DNA of 64,000 bases from a virus (IMGVR_UViG_3300031569_001508:18171-82170); one strand, 5' to 3'; shown: positions 36,991 through 46,927, counted from the stretch's first letter. Notes: generated by a model from the sequence alone, not told the origin. Numbers and translations: made by a program.

Positions 36991-37614
36991 ATGAAAATAA
37001 GTTATGCAATTACAGTTTGTAATGAGTTTGTAGAAATACAAAAACTCATACCATTTCTTTTAGAACATAAAAGACATGAAGATGAAATCGTAGTTCTATA
37101 CGATTCAAAAAATGGTTCTAAATCAATAGAACAATTCCTAAGAGCAAAATCAATCAATGGTGAATTCAGTTGGCATAAAGGAGAGTTTAATGGACACTTT
37201 GCTAATTGGAAAAATAAACTTACGTCAATGTGTAGTGGAGATTGGATATTCCAAATTGATGCTGATGAAATACCTCATATAGACTTAATTACATTTCTTC
37301 CTGAAATCATTTTAAGTAATCCCAAAAATGAAGTAATTAGAGTTCCAAGAGTAAATACAGTTTATGGATTAACAGAAGAATATTCTAGAAAATGGAGATG
37401 GAATGTGAATGATAAAGGTTGGGTTAATTGGCCTGATTTTCAGTGGAGAATTTGGAAAAATCATCCAAGAATAGAATGGGTAAATAAGGTACATGAAGTA
37501 TTAGAAGGTTACAATGTTTATGCTGATTTAAATCAAGAAGAACGTTTTGCTTTGTACCATCCAAAAGATATAGAAAGACAAATAAAGCAAAATAATTATT
37601 ATGAAAGTTTATAG
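36991..37614 (+). CDS. GT2-like glycosyltransferase
   Basis: ISYAITVCNE, IDADE, PDFQWR, VHE. Confidence 0.85.
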   Translation: MKISYAITVCNEFVEIQKLIPFLLEHKRHEDEIVVLYDSKNGSKSIEQFLRAKSINGEFSWHKGEFNGHFANWKNKLTSMCSGDWIFQIDADEIPHIDLITFLPEIILSNPKNEVIRVPRVNTVYGLTEEYSRKWRWNVNDKGWVNWPDFQWRIWKNHPRIEWVNKVHEVLEGYNVYADLNQEERFALYHPKDIERQIKQNNYYESL

Positions 37615-38500
37615 CAGTTTTTTACCTATTGAGAGGTATGAAAAGTTTATTTTAAGTAATAAAAGATTTGAAAAAATTCCAATTACTATATTTAATGATT
37701 ATTTTACTAAAGATAATTGGAATGAGTTAAATGAAAATAAAGTAAATATTCTTATCTTAAATGAGCCTGACCAATTATTTGGACATCATACTTATGCACA
37801 AAAACTATACACAAATTATGATTTAATTTTAACTTGGGGTCAAGATGTTATAGATAACTGCCCTAATGCTCATTTATTTATTCATGGTGAAACTAATTTA
37901 AGTAAAGATTATATAGATTCATTTTATTACCATAAAAAAAGAAAATTTGAAGTAACTTTTTTAAGTGGTGTATTAGAATTAATTGAAGGTCATAAATTAA
38001 GACAAAAAATACTACATATAGAAAATAAAGTAAAAATACCTACTAAATTTTGGAGGGTATTAAGTGATTTCAATCATAAAACCGGGAATAGACCAGGTTA
38101 TAGAGACCCGGGATGTGAAGTAATTACTTTAGATGGTTCACCAATTGAGGGAGAAGGTAAAAAAGAAATTTGGAATAGGAATTCTATGTTTCATGTAGCT
38201 GTAGAAAATTCTAAAAATTTAAATTATTATACAGATAAAATAGTAGATTGTTTTGCTACTAAATCTATTCCTATATATTGGGGTGCTCCTAATATAGGAG
38301 ATTACTTTAATAAAGATGGAATAATTACTTTTGAAAATGAAAATGATCTAGTAGACATTTTAAATAATTTAACAGAAGAGGATTATAAAAATAGGTTGGA
38401 AGCTGTAGAAGAAAATTATATATTGGCTCTAGAAAATGGGTTCTTTTTTGAAAGATTAGAAAACGCTTTAGATCAAATAATAAAACAAAATAATTTATGA
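37601..38500 (+). CDS. GT10 (fucosyltransferase-like) glycosyltransferase
   Basis: MFHVAVENS..NYYTDKIVDCF...IPIYWG. Confidence 0.75.
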   Translation: MKVYSSFLPIERYEKFILSNKRFEKIPITIFNDYFTKDNWNELNENKVNILILNEPDQLFGHHTYAQKLYTNYDLILTWGQDVIDNCPNAHLFIHGETNLSKDYIDSFYYHKKRKFEVTFLSGVLELIEGHKLRQKILHIENKVKIPTKFWRVLSDFNHKTGNRPGYRDPGCEVITLDGSPIEGEGKKEIWNRNSMFHVAVENSKNLNYYTDKIVDCFATKSIPIYWGAPNIGDYFNKDGIITFENENDLVDILNNLTEEDYKNRLEAVEENYILALENGFFFERLENALDQIIKQNNL

Positions 38501-38895
38501 GTAGAAAATATTTACCAACATTAGCAGAATTAGTTGATAGATTATCAATTGCACAACTTAAAGAAGTTTTTATTAAAGATCATAAAAATGAATACTCTAA
38601 AGAAATCAAAGATATAACTCATGATATAGATTTAATATTAAATGATGAAAATATTAAACTAAATGGTAAAGATATTAGAGCAATTGTTGTTTTATCACAA
38701 ATGAATTTACACATTTGGCATAATGAAACTAAATACCGTGCTGGAACAGGTAATGGTAATTTAGGTTTAACCCATGGATTAAATGGCATCAGAAATACAG
38801 CTAAGAATATGATTCAAGAAAATAGTGGGGGGAGAAAAGATTATAAAATTGACTGCATAGCAGCAGAATTTAAAGATTGGGAGATATCATGGTAA
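38497..38895 (+). CDS. hypothetical helical protein of the sugar cluster
   Basis: TLAELVDRLSI, NLHIWH, NGIRN. Confidence 0.6.
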   Translation: MSRKYLPTLAELVDRLSIAQLKEVFIKDHKNEYSKEIKDITHDIDLILNDENIKLNGKDIRAIVVLSQMNLHIWHNETKYRAGTGNGNLGLTHGLNGIRNTAKNMIQENSGGRKDYKIDCIAAEFKDWEISW

Positions 38896-39650
38896 AAGTA
38901 TTAGTAATAGGAGATAGTTGTTTAGATGAATATATTTATTGTGCAACAGATAGATTTTGTCCAGATGCACCAGTGCCTATCTTAAAACCAGAATCATATG
39001 TTTCTACAGAAGGTATGGCCGGAAATGTAGCAGATAATTTAAGAGCATTAGGTATTAGTGTAGATTTAATTTCAAATGCTAATAGAATTAAAAAAACAAG
39101 ATATGTTGATGAAAGGACAAATCATATGTTTATTAGAATTGATGAAGGTGAAGATGATATATTTCCTATAGCTAAAAAAACACTAGAAAATATTAAATGG
39201 AATAAATATGATGCTGTTGTTATAAGTGATTATTGTAAGGGATTTCTAACAGAAGATGAAATTGCTTATATTTCAAATCAACACATAAATACCTTTTTAG
39301 ATACAAAAAAATCTATTGGCAATTGGGCTTCAAATATTAATTTTATCAAAATAAATGAAGTTGAATCAAATCATAATAAAATCTTTCTAGAAGGTAATAA
39401 AGATTTATTTTTTAATAAAGTAATTTCAACATTAGGAAGTAAAGGGGCACGTTATAAAGATAAATTATTTCCCGTAGATAAAGTAGATGTTAGAGACACC
39501 AGCGGAGCTGGTGATACATTCATGGCTGGTTTAGTATACGCATATATAACCGAAAATAACGTAGAAAATGCAATTAAATTCGCAAATAAATGTTCCACCC
39601 AAGTAGTACAGAAAAAAGGTACTGCAAAAATAAATAAAAAAGAATTATGA
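38877..39650 (+). CDS. HldE/RfaE domain I-like heptose-phosphate kinase (PfkB family)
   Basis: VLVIGDSCLD, PDAPVP, AGNVA.NL, ISDY.KG, DTSGAGDTF. Confidence 0.82.
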   Translation: MGDIMVKVLVIGDSCLDEYIYCATDRFCPDAPVPILKPESYVSTEGMAGNVADNLRALGISVDLISNANRIKKTRYVDERTNHMFIRIDEGEDDIFPIAKKTLENIKWNKYDAVVISDYCKGFLTEDEIAYISNQHINTFLDTKKSIGNWASNINFIKINEVESNHNKIFLEGNKDLFFNKVISTLGSKGARYKDKLFPVDKVDVRDTSGAGDTFMAGLVYAYITENNVENAIKFANKCSTQVVQKKGTAKINKKEL

Positions 39651-40183
39651 AGTATAAATTTAGTAAAAAATTACCAGAAGTAGCAATCATTGAACCAGAG
39701 GTGCATTATGATTATAGAGGAGAATACATAGAAACTTGGAATATAGAAAATTATAAAGTATTTGATTACTTAAATAAAAACTCAGAAAAAATTGTATTTA
39801 AACAAGATGACATTAGTACATCAGTAAAACATACTTTAAGAGGACTACATGGCGATACAAAAACTTTTAAATTAGTTCAATGTCTTTATGGTTCATTACT
39901 ACAAGTAGTAGTAGATTTTAGAGAAGATAGTGATACTTATTTAGAATTTGATATGTTTCCTTTAAATGATAAAAATAGAAATCAAATATTAATTCCACCT
40001 GGCTATGTAAATGGTCATTTAGTAATGAGTGAATCAGCAATGTTTAGTTACAAACAATCTACTTTATATGGGGGACCTGGTTCTCAATTTACTATAAAAT
40101 GGAATGACCCAAAATTAAATATACCTTGGCCTATTGATAATCCTATATTATCGTTAAGGGATAAAAACGCAGATACTATATGA
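39647..40183 (+). CDS. rmlC: NDP-sugar 3,5-epimerase (RmlC-like)
   Basis: DYRG, QDDIS, LRGLH, IPPG..NGH, WND, LS.RD. Confidence 0.85.
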   Translation: MKYKFSKKLPEVAIIEPEVHYDYRGEYIETWNIENYKVFDYLNKNSEKIVFKQDDISTSVKHTLRGLHGDTKTFKLVQCLYGSLLQVVVDFREDSDTYLEFDMFPLNDKNRNQILIPPGYVNGHLVMSESAMFSYKQSTLYGGPGSQFTIKWNDPKLNIPWPIDNPILSLRDKNADTI

Positions 40184-41121
40184 AAAAATTCGTATTAATA
40201 ACAGGAGGAGCTGGTTATTTAGGATCAGTATTAGCTGAAGTTTTATTAGATAATGATTACACTGTAACTGTATTTGATAATTTAATGTATAAACAAACAT
40301 CATTATTGCATTTGTGTGATAATAAAAATTTTAATTTCATTAAAGGGGATGTTACTAATAAAAAACAATTTTTACCACAAATTATTAATCATGATATTAT
40401 AATACCCTTAGCAGCTATAGTTGGTGCACCTGCTTGTGATGCAAATCAAGATTTAGCAACAGCTATTAATTACAATCAGATAGAATTTATAGTTGATAAC
40501 TTAAGAAAGGATCAAAAATTATTAATGCCTAATACAAACAGTCAATATGGGAGTTCAGATAGTATAATTACTGAAGAGTCTCCATTTAATCCTTTATCAC
40601 ATTATGCTGTTACTAAATGTAAAGCAGAAGAATATATTATGGATTGGGGTAATGGGATTTGTTTAAGATTAGCAACAGTATTTGGCACATCCCCTAGAAT
40701 GCGTACTGATTTATTAGTTAATGATTTCGTGTATAAATCTATAACTGAGGGATGTTTAGTTTTATTTCAATCTCATTTTAAAAGAAATTATATACACGTA
40801 AGAGATATTGCTTATACCTTTCTTCACTGTATTGAAAATTATAGTAAATTAAATGGTGAAGTATTTAATGTAGGATTATCTAATGCTAATTTAAATAAAA
40901 AAGAATTAGCTGAAACTATTAAAAATTATTTTCCTAATTTAGTAATAATTGAAAATGAGTTTTCAACTGATATAGATAATAGAAATTATATAGTATCTAA
41001 TGATAAATTAGAAGCCACAGGGTGGAAACCAAAATATACTATTGAAGATGGCATTAATGAGTTAATGTTAGCCTATAAGATGGTTATTGCAGATAATAAT
41101 AAAAAATATACAAATTTATGA
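40180..41121 (+). CDS. NAD-dependent sugar epimerase/dehydratase
   Basis: TGGAGYLG, YAVTK, RLATVFG.SPRMR. Confidence 0.88.
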   Translation: MKKFVLITGGAGYLGSVLAEVLLDNDYTVTVFDNLMYKQTSLLHLCDNKNFNFIKGDVTNKKQFLPQIINHDIIIPLAAIVGAPACDANQDLATAINYNQIEFIVDNLRKDQKLLMPNTNSQYGSSDSIITEESPFNPLSHYAVTKCKAEEYIMDWGNGICLRLATVFGTSPRMRTDLLVNDFVYKSITEGCLVLFQSHFKRNYIHVRDIAYTFLHCIENYSKLNGEVFNVGLSNANLNKKELAETIKNYFPNLVIIENEFSTDIDNRNYIVSNDKLEATGWKPKYTIEDGINELMLAYKMVIADNNKKYTNL

Positions 41122-41765
41122 TAACATTACAAACATCTAATCCCATAGCATATGACTCGCCAGATCACATTTTTCCTTGGGGAACTAAAAATGATAATTC
41201 AACAAATGAAGGATTTATTAATGAAACTTTAGAGTTTTGGAAACAGAGAGGTAAGGATAAAATTAATTTTTTAGATTTAGGGTGTTCAGGTGGTCAACTT
41301 GTAGTTGATTATGTTAATAAAGGACATTTAGGGGTTGGTTTAGAAGGAAGTGATTATAGTGTAGTACATAAAAGAGCTAATTGGCCTAAATATTATAATA
41401 AAAACTTATTTACTTGTGATGTTACTAAAGAATATAAACTATTTAATAACGATAAAAGAATAAAATTTGACGTAATATCAGCTTGGGAAGTTATAGAACA
41501 TATCAAACCCGAAGACCTAAAATCATTTTTTAAACATATTAATGATAACTTAAATTCAGGTGGTTTTTTCTGTGGTTCTGTTTCTATGAATGTAGAAATA
41601 TTAGAAGGTCATGTTTTACACCAAACAGTATGGAATGAAAAAACTTGGTATGAAAATTTTCCTGAGTTATTAAAAGAAACTAATTTAGAATTATATGATT
41701 ATCCTTTTGCTAATAAAGTAAGAGAAGATGGAGGCTCATTTCATATTTTACTATTAAAAAAATAA
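41118..41765 (+). CDS. class I SAM-dependent methyltransferase
   Basis: FLDLGCSGG, FDVISAWEVIEH. Confidence 0.85.
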   Translation: MITLQTSNPIAYDSPDHIFPWGTKNDNSTNEGFINETLEFWKQRGKDKINFLDLGCSGGQLVVDYVNKGHLGVGLEGSDYSVVHKRANWPKYYNKNLFTCDVTKEYKLFNNDKRIKFDVISAWEVIEHIKPEDLKSFFKHINDNLNSGGFFCGSVSMNVEILEGHVLHQTVWNEKTWYENFPELLKETNLELYDYPFANKVREDGGSFHILLLKK

Positions 41766-41767
41766 AT

Positions 41768-42655
41768 ATGAAGATATTACTAACAGGCGCCTCAGGATTT
41801 GTAGGAAGACATTTGATACAAAAATTAGAAAAGGAAAAACATGAAATCATTAGTTTTAATTCTAGCAATTTTACTGAAATGTGGTATTGTGAAAAGAATT
41901 CATTTGATATTATAATACATCTAGCAGTTAAAACAGCAGCAGGTGGTTATTGTCAAAACCACCCAGGAGAACAATGGATAGTGAATAATAGCATTAATTC
42001 TGATATGTTAGCTTATTGGACTCAATATCAACAAAGAGCAACAATGATTACTTTTGGATCCTCCTGTGGGTATAGTAATGATGTAATAAAAACAGAAAAA
42101 AATTATTTAGTAGGAGAACCTGAAGAAGGTTATGAGGTATATGGGATGTCTAAACGTAATTTATTAGTTGGCTTAAAGGCATTAGCTAAAGAATTTCAAA
42201 TGGATTCTAATTATTTAATACCCTCGGTATTTTATGGTCCTGATTATGATTTAAATGATAAACACTTTATATTTGACTTAATAAAAAAGATAGTTAATGC
42301 TAAGAATGGAAAAGATGAAGTAGTTCTTTGGGGTGATGGTACACAAGAAAGAGAATTAATTTATATAGATGATGCTGTAAATATTATAATGGCTTGCATG
42401 AACAACCCAGAAGCACCTAAAATGTTTAATTTATCATCTGGTAATACCTATATGCTTAAAGAATACGCACAAACTATTTGTGATATAGTAGATTATGATT
42501 TTAATTTAATTAAATGGGATATTAATGCTTTTGTAGGTTCTCCTAGTAAAAAATTGATTAATACTCATTTAAAAGGTTTTAAATTTACTCCCCTTAAAAT
42601 AGGGTTAGAAAAAACAATAAAATATTATGAAAATAGCATCAGTAGTAGTAAATAG
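41768..42655 (+). CDS. NDP-sugar epimerase/reductase (GDP-fucose synthase-like)
   Basis: TGASGFVG, GSSC, YGMSK, WGDGTQERE. Confidence 0.8.
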   Translation: MKILLTGASGFVGRHLIQKLEKEKHEIISFNSSNFTEMWYCEKNSFDIIIHLAVKTAAGGYCQNHPGEQWIVNNSINSDMLAYWTQYQQRATMITFGSSCGYSNDVIKTEKNYLVGEPEEGYEVYGMSKRNLLVGLKALAKEFQMDSNYLIPSVFYGPDYDLNDKHFIFDLIKKIVNAKNGKDEVVLWGDGTQERELIYIDDAVNIIMACMNNPEAPKMFNLSSGNTYMLKEYAQTICDIVDYDFNLIKWDINAFVGSPSKKLINTHLKGFKFTPLKIGLEKTIKYYENSISSSK

Positions 42656-43499
42656 AAATGACGGTTATAAAGATCTAAGTCGAGGTATTATCCACTTTAG
42701 ATATATGTGTGAAACTTTTGATGAAGTTAATTATGTAGATTGGAATTCAAAGGATGGTTCTTTTTTATGGGAGATTGAAAATAAAATCCCTTCAAATGGA
42801 AAAATAAAACACTATTGTATACCCTCTAATGTAGTAGATCAAATTATAATGGATTCAAATGCCCAAAAATGTAATGAAGCTATTAGTAGAAATATAGCTA
42901 TTAAGAGAAGCAATGCAGATTGGATTGTTTCAACTAATTTAGATATTATACCCCCTACAAGAAGAGAGTTAAAAAATTTAATAAAAACATTAGACAAAAA
43001 TACATTTTATACTGTATCTCGGAGAGAAGCACCTAAAGATATAGTGTATAATACAAAATCAAAAGAATTAAGAGAAGCGCTGTCAACCATACCAGCAAGA
43101 CATTTTCCAGCTAAGGTAACTCCTAATGATAATTATAGTTTAATTAATTGTTGTGGAGATTTTCAAATAGCTCATAAAGATGTATGGGATAAAATTAAAG
43201 GATTTGAAGAAGAAATGATATATGCCTGTTATGTAGACACTAATGTTCAGAAAAAAGCAATATTAAATGATTTTAATTTAGAGGTGTTATATGAACCAGC
43301 ATTATATCATATGGAGCATGGAGCTTATTATACTAAAGAAGACGGTACTCGAGTATTAGATAGTGAAAATAAAGGTTCTTATAAAGGAGATAATAAAGCT
43401 TATAATGATCCTTGGAAATGGGTTGAAAATTTTGATAAAACTCGTAATACTGAAAATTGGGGATTAGGAAACATTGATATAGAAGTAGAAGTAATTTAA
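42627..43499 (+). CDS. GT-A-like glycosyltransferase
   Basis: RNDGY, VDWNS, RNIAIKR, TNLD, GDFQ, GFEE. Confidence 0.7.
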   Translation: MKIASVVVNRNDGYKDLSRGIIHFRYMCETFDEVNYVDWNSKDGSFLWEIENKIPSNGKIKHYCIPSNVVDQIIMDSNAQKCNEAISRNIAIKRSNADWIVSTNLDIIPPTRRELKNLIKTLDKNTFYTVSRREAPKDIVYNTKSKELREALSTIPARHFPAKVTPNDNYSLINCCGDFQIAHKDVWDKIKGFEEEMIYACYVDTNVQKKAILNDFNLEVLYEPALYHMEHGAYYTKEDGTRVLDSENKGSYKGDNKAYNDPWKWVENFDKTRNTENWGLGNIDIEVEVI

Positions 43500-43508
43500 T
43501 ATTTATAA
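43498..43508 (+). promoter_or_regulatory. putative late promoter motif AATATTTATA
   Basis: Recurrent motif at a gene boundary. Confidence 0.4.
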
Positions 43509-43859
43509 ATGAATCTCTTAAATGCTGTACCAATGGAAAAAAAAGAAAAATTAACAAAAAGAGAAGCTACAAGTATAGAAATTATATATAATAATAGTGA
43601 AGATTTGAAAAATTTATCAACTCGAGAAGAGTTTGTTCAATTTATATTGGAAGATAGTTTTAAATCTATAGAAATGGCTTTAGAAAATAAATTAGATAAA
43701 GTTGAATTATTTAACATATACAATTTATCATTAGTAGTTGAAATAGAAAAATCTAATTATAAAAATGCACTTAATAATTTAATTGAATACTATGTTACAG
43801 AAGAAAATTATGAAAAATGTTTACTAATAAAATCGATAATAAAAAAATATGAAATATAA
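43509..43859 (+). CDS. protein with C-terminal UVR (UvrB/C)-like motif
   Basis: YYVTEENYEKCLLIK; paralog of 45525. Confidence 0.6.
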   Translation: MNLLNAVPMEKKEKLTKREATSIEIIYNNSEDLKNLSTREEFVQFILEDSFKSIEMALENKLDKVELFNIYNLSLVVEIEKSNYKNALNNLIEYYVTEENYEKCLLIKSIIKKYEI

Positions 43860-43998
43860 ATTTCAATCTAAAACTTCAACAGATGTATTAGGGTATACTA
43901 ATGCTCATAGTTTAGAAAAAGCACAAGAATATTTTTCAAAAATCAAAGTTCTTCCTTTAGATAAATTTTTAAAAATATTTGTAGTAAAAGAAGCATAA
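43849..43998 (+). CDS. 49-aa protein (not in ORF track)
   Basis: MKYKFQSK...AQEYFSKIKVLPLDKFLKIFVVKEA; fills the gap. Confidence 0.55.
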   Translation: MKYKFQSKTSTDVLGYTNAHSLEKAQEYFSKIKVLPLDKFLKIFVVKEA

Positions 43999-44396
43999 TG
44001 GAAGAAGAATTTGAAGGAGCAGAAGATTTAAAAAAATTATTTGAGAATATATTAGGATCTAGTATTACTCTTAAAGATACTATAAGTGCTACAGAAGAAA
44101 GTGTTTTTTGTTTAATTGTAAATAAATTAGATAAAGCACATAAAGATGATGAAGCTTTATATGAATTGTCTGGAATGGATTTGTCTAGATGTAAAGAAGA
44201 TTTATTATTTGTTATTGAGGCATTGTTAAAGATTTCATATGGTCAGGATGCCTTTGATATGATTATGTGGTACATTTTAGATAGATTTAACCCAGATGGT
44301 AAAGTAGTTCCATTTGAAGATGAAAATGGAAAGCAATTTTCATTAATTACTTCTAAAGATTTACATGCATTTTTAAAGCATAGATTCCCCAATTAA
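43998..44396 (+). CDS. hypothetical protein
   Basis: 132-aa ORF. Confidence 0.65.
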   Translation: MEEEFEGAEDLKKLFENILGSSITLKDTISATEESVFCLIVNKLDKAHKDDEALYELSGMDLSRCKEDLLFVIEALLKISYGQDAFDMIMWYILDRFNPDGKVVPFEDENGKQFSLITSKDLHAFLKHRFPN

Positions 44397-44398
44397 AC

Positions 44399-44428
44399 TT
44401 GGATCCCCAATAAATAGTTTGTATATTT
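44399..44428 (+). promoter_or_regulatory. -33/-7 promoter with perfect TAnnTTTG
   Basis: TTGG-N18-GTATATTTG; dyad TTGG-ATCC-CCAA. Confidence 0.8.
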
Positions 44429-44464
44429 GCGTAAGATTTTTAAAGGTTACGTATAATTATAATT

Positions 44465-44725
44465 ATGAAGAAGACAAATCTAAAAATGATAAAATGTGTA
44501 GCATGTCATGAAGACATGCCTGAGTTAAGGCTAACTAAATTTGGATATAAAGTTTGTGTAAATTGCTCAACAACAGGAGCATATAGAGCTGTATCTACCA
44601 TTAATGGTAGTGGAGACCATACATGGAACGACATACAAATAATGACACCCGAACAATATAATTCGTATGAAAAGACTGAAAAATTAGGTACAAAATCCTT
44701 AGATTCATTTAAAACAGAAGACTAA
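44465..44725 (+). CDS. DksA/TraR-type C4 zinc-finger protein
   Basis: CVACHEDMPELRL...CVNC. Confidence 0.65.
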   Translation: MKKTNLKMIKCVACHEDMPELRLTKFGYKVCVNCSTTGAYRAVSTINGSGDHTWNDIQIMTPEQYNSYEKTEKLGTKSLDSFKTED

Positions 44726-44726
44726 T

Positions 44727-45353
44727 ATGCCAAAAGCAAAACCTTTAAGTAAGGAATTAATAATGGCTGCTGTTAATAAAACTAAGTCTAATAGAGCAGC
44801 TGCTAGATATTTAAATGTTTCATATATTCATTATAAAAAGTGGGCTAAATTATACGAAAGTAAAACCCATGATAGTTTATTTGAACAACATAAAAATCAA
44901 TCAGGAAAAGGTATACCTAAATTTTTAAAAAATAAGGGTAAAGAACCAGCACTAATTGACATTATAGAAGGTAGAGTTGATGTTTCTTCATTTTCCCCTG
45001 ATAAACTTAAGTATAGACTTATAACTGAAGGATATTTATTAGAGGAATGCGCTTCGTGTGGTTTTCACGAACGCAGAGTTCTAGATTATAAAATGCCCTT
45101 ACTCCTCCATTTTAAAGATGGAAATAAAAAAAATTATAGAAAGGAGAATACAGAGCTACTTTGTTACAATCATTTTTTTCTTACTGTAGGAGATATCTTT
45201 TCTAATAAACAATTAAAGGGTATAGAAGATCATGTCCCTGTAAATCAGGGAGATGTCGAATGGGAGTTAGATGAATATCAAAAACAAAGGTTAACAGAGT
45301 TGGGTTTACATAATGAAAAAGATGATGGGTTAGATTTAATTTCAAGAATATGA
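44727..45353 (+). CDS. HTH + degenerate HNH endonuclease-like protein
   Basis: SNRAAARYLNVS helix-turn-helix; CASCG...LHFKDGN..N...ENTELLCYNH. Confidence 0.65.
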   Translation: MPKAKPLSKELIMAAVNKTKSNRAAARYLNVSYIHYKKWAKLYESKTHDSLFEQHKNQSGKGIPKFLKNKGKEPALIDIIEGRVDVSSFSPDKLKYRLITEGYLLEECASCGFHERRVLDYKMPLLLHFKDGNKKNYRKENTELLCYNHFFLTVGDIFSNKQLKGIEDHVPVNQGDVEWELDEYQKQRLTELGLHNEKDDGLDLISRI

Positions 45354-45523
45354 AAAGAACAAGAAATATTAAAAAGAAAAAACATGATCAAATAGTAAAT
45401 GATTATGATAAAATAAAATCAAGACATCTTGAAAAATTAGCAAATAAGATTCTTAAAGATGATGAAAAAAACAATAAATTGAAGAGTAAAAATATAAAAG
45501 GTAATTTTTTAGATAAATTTTAA
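45350..45523 (+). CDS. 57-aa basic protein (not in ORF track)
   Basis: MKRTRNIKKKKHDQIVNDYDK...; ATGA overlap. Confidence 0.55.
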   Translation: MKRTRNIKKKKHDQIVNDYDKIKSRHLEKLANKILKDDEKNNKLKSKNIKGNFLDKF

Positions 45524-45524
45524 T

Positions 45525-45821
45525 ATGGCTATAACGATTAAAGTAAAAAATACTGAAGAATTTGAAGAACTAATTAAAAATAAGGATTTAAGAATATCAA
45601 AAGCAATAGTAAGTGGTATTTTAGAAAACTTAGTTGGTAAAAAGAAAAATATTTACGTATTAGAAATTTTCCTTAAAGATGAAGACTCGATAGTAGATAT
45701 AACAGTTCATAGAGATGATTTTGTTGAAACGTTAGAAGAAAATCTAAAAACCTTTATACATCATGAAGAGTATGAAGCTTGTTCTGGAATTAAAAAGGCA
45801 ATTGATTATTTAAAAACATAA
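45525..45821 (+). CDS. protein with C-terminal UVR-like motif
   Basis: FIHHEEYEACSGIK; paralog of 43509. Confidence 0.6.
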   Translation: MAITIKVKNTEEFEELIKNKDLRISKAIVSGILENLVGKKKNIYVLEIFLKDEDSIVDITVHRDDFVETLEENLKTFIHHEEYEACSGIKKAIDYLKT

Positions 45822-45825
45822 CATT

Positions 45826-46389
45826 ATGAAAATATACACATACGATAAAAATAACTTACAATATACACCTATAAATTATGCCACAACATTTTTAAAAATT
45901 GCATTGGTATATTTAACTTTATTCTTATTTTTAGGATTGACAAATGCACCTATAGAAAAAGAATATATAACTAACACCGAAAATATCTTACTAGTTGAAG
46001 ACATGGATACTTTTAATGAAGAATTATTAATATTAGAAATAAAATCCTTAAATTTTAAATTCCCCCACATAATATTAGCTCAATCTATTTTAGAAACAGG
46101 TCATTATAAATCTAAAATATTTAAAGAAAATAAAAACTTATTTGGAATGAAAGAGGCTCGTGTTAGACTTAATTTAGCAAAAGGTACTCAATTTGGACAT
46201 GCTTATTATGATAATTGGAAGGAATCACTTACAGATTATGCGTTATGGTACTCAACATACGCGTATAAATGCAAGACAGAGAAACAATTATATAAGTTGT
46301 TGGATAGGCAATATGCTGAAGCTACTGCATATGTATCATCGTTACAACAAGTAATACTAATTAATAATTTAAAAGAAAAATTCGAGTAA
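45826..46389 (+). CDS. membrane-anchored GH73 glucosaminidase-like peptidoglycan hydrolase
   Basis: TM helix, AQSILETG, NLFGMK, YAE...Y. Confidence 0.8.
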   Translation: MKIYTYDKNNLQYTPINYATTFLKIALVYLTLFLFLGLTNAPIEKEYITNTENILLVEDMDTFNEELLILEIKSLNFKFPHIILAQSILETGHYKSKIFKENKNLFGMKEARVRLNLAKGTQFGHAYYDNWKESLTDYALWYSTYAYKCKTEKQLYKLLDRQYAEATAYVSSLQQVILINNLKEKFE

Positions 46390-46390
46390 A

Positions 46391-46525
46391 ATGGCAAAGA
46401 TAGTTACATCAAATTCTCCGGCAAGTACTAAAACTAAAAGACCTGGAATACATTCAAAAACAAAAACAAGTAAATTACAGTCAAGTAGACATTATAAAAA
46501 ATCCTATCGAGGGCAAGGTAGATAA
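46391..46525 (+). CDS. 44-aa basic peptide (not in ORF track)
   Basis: MAKIVTSNSPASTKTKRPGIHSKTKTSKLQSSRHYKKSYRGQGR. Confidence 0.6.
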   Translation: MAKIVTSNSPASTKTKRPGIHSKTKTSKLQSSRHYKKSYRGQGR

Positions 46526-46531
46526 AACCAA

Positions 46532-46735
46532 ATGGCAAAATTAAGTAATAGAGAAAAATTAATGTTTAAAGATTTAAATTTTATTGATATTTTTAATTCG
46601 TTTGATGAAGAATATCTAAAGGATATGGCTATGAATAATCCTAAACAGTTAGAAAAAATGTGTTTGTTTTTATGTTTAGATACTCAGATTTTAAAAGAAC
46701 AAATGGAAAGTAGTTCTAAAAAATTTAATTCATAA
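46532..46735 (+). CDS. hypothetical protein
   Basis: 67-aa ORF. Confidence 0.55.
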   Translation: MAKLSNREKLMFKDLNFIDIFNSFDEEYLKDMAMNNPKQLEKMCLFLCLDTQILKEQMESSSKKFNS

Positions 46736-46927
46736 ATGATGATTTATATAGCCATATTATTTATATTAATGATGGTCTTAATATGTATCTTAGGATATGA
46801 AATATATTTACTGAGAAAAGAAATAGATGAATTAAAAGAATCTAATTTAGAATTCCAACAAGAGGAAAGAACAAAACGTGAAATAGGTTGGGATAGTATC
46901 TGGAAGATAGTAAACAAATATGAATAA
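46736..46927 (+). CDS. small membrane-anchored protein
   Basis: N-terminal TM helix plus coiled coil. Confidence 0.55.
   Translation: MMIYIAILFILMMVLICILGYEIYLLRKEIDELKESNLEFQQEERTKREIGWDSIWKIVNKYE

Noticed and set aside
44727-45353. HNH gene as a mobile homing element
   Set aside because: It does not interrupt a gene, has no intron flanks, has a degenerate motif and is tightly coupled to its neighbours.
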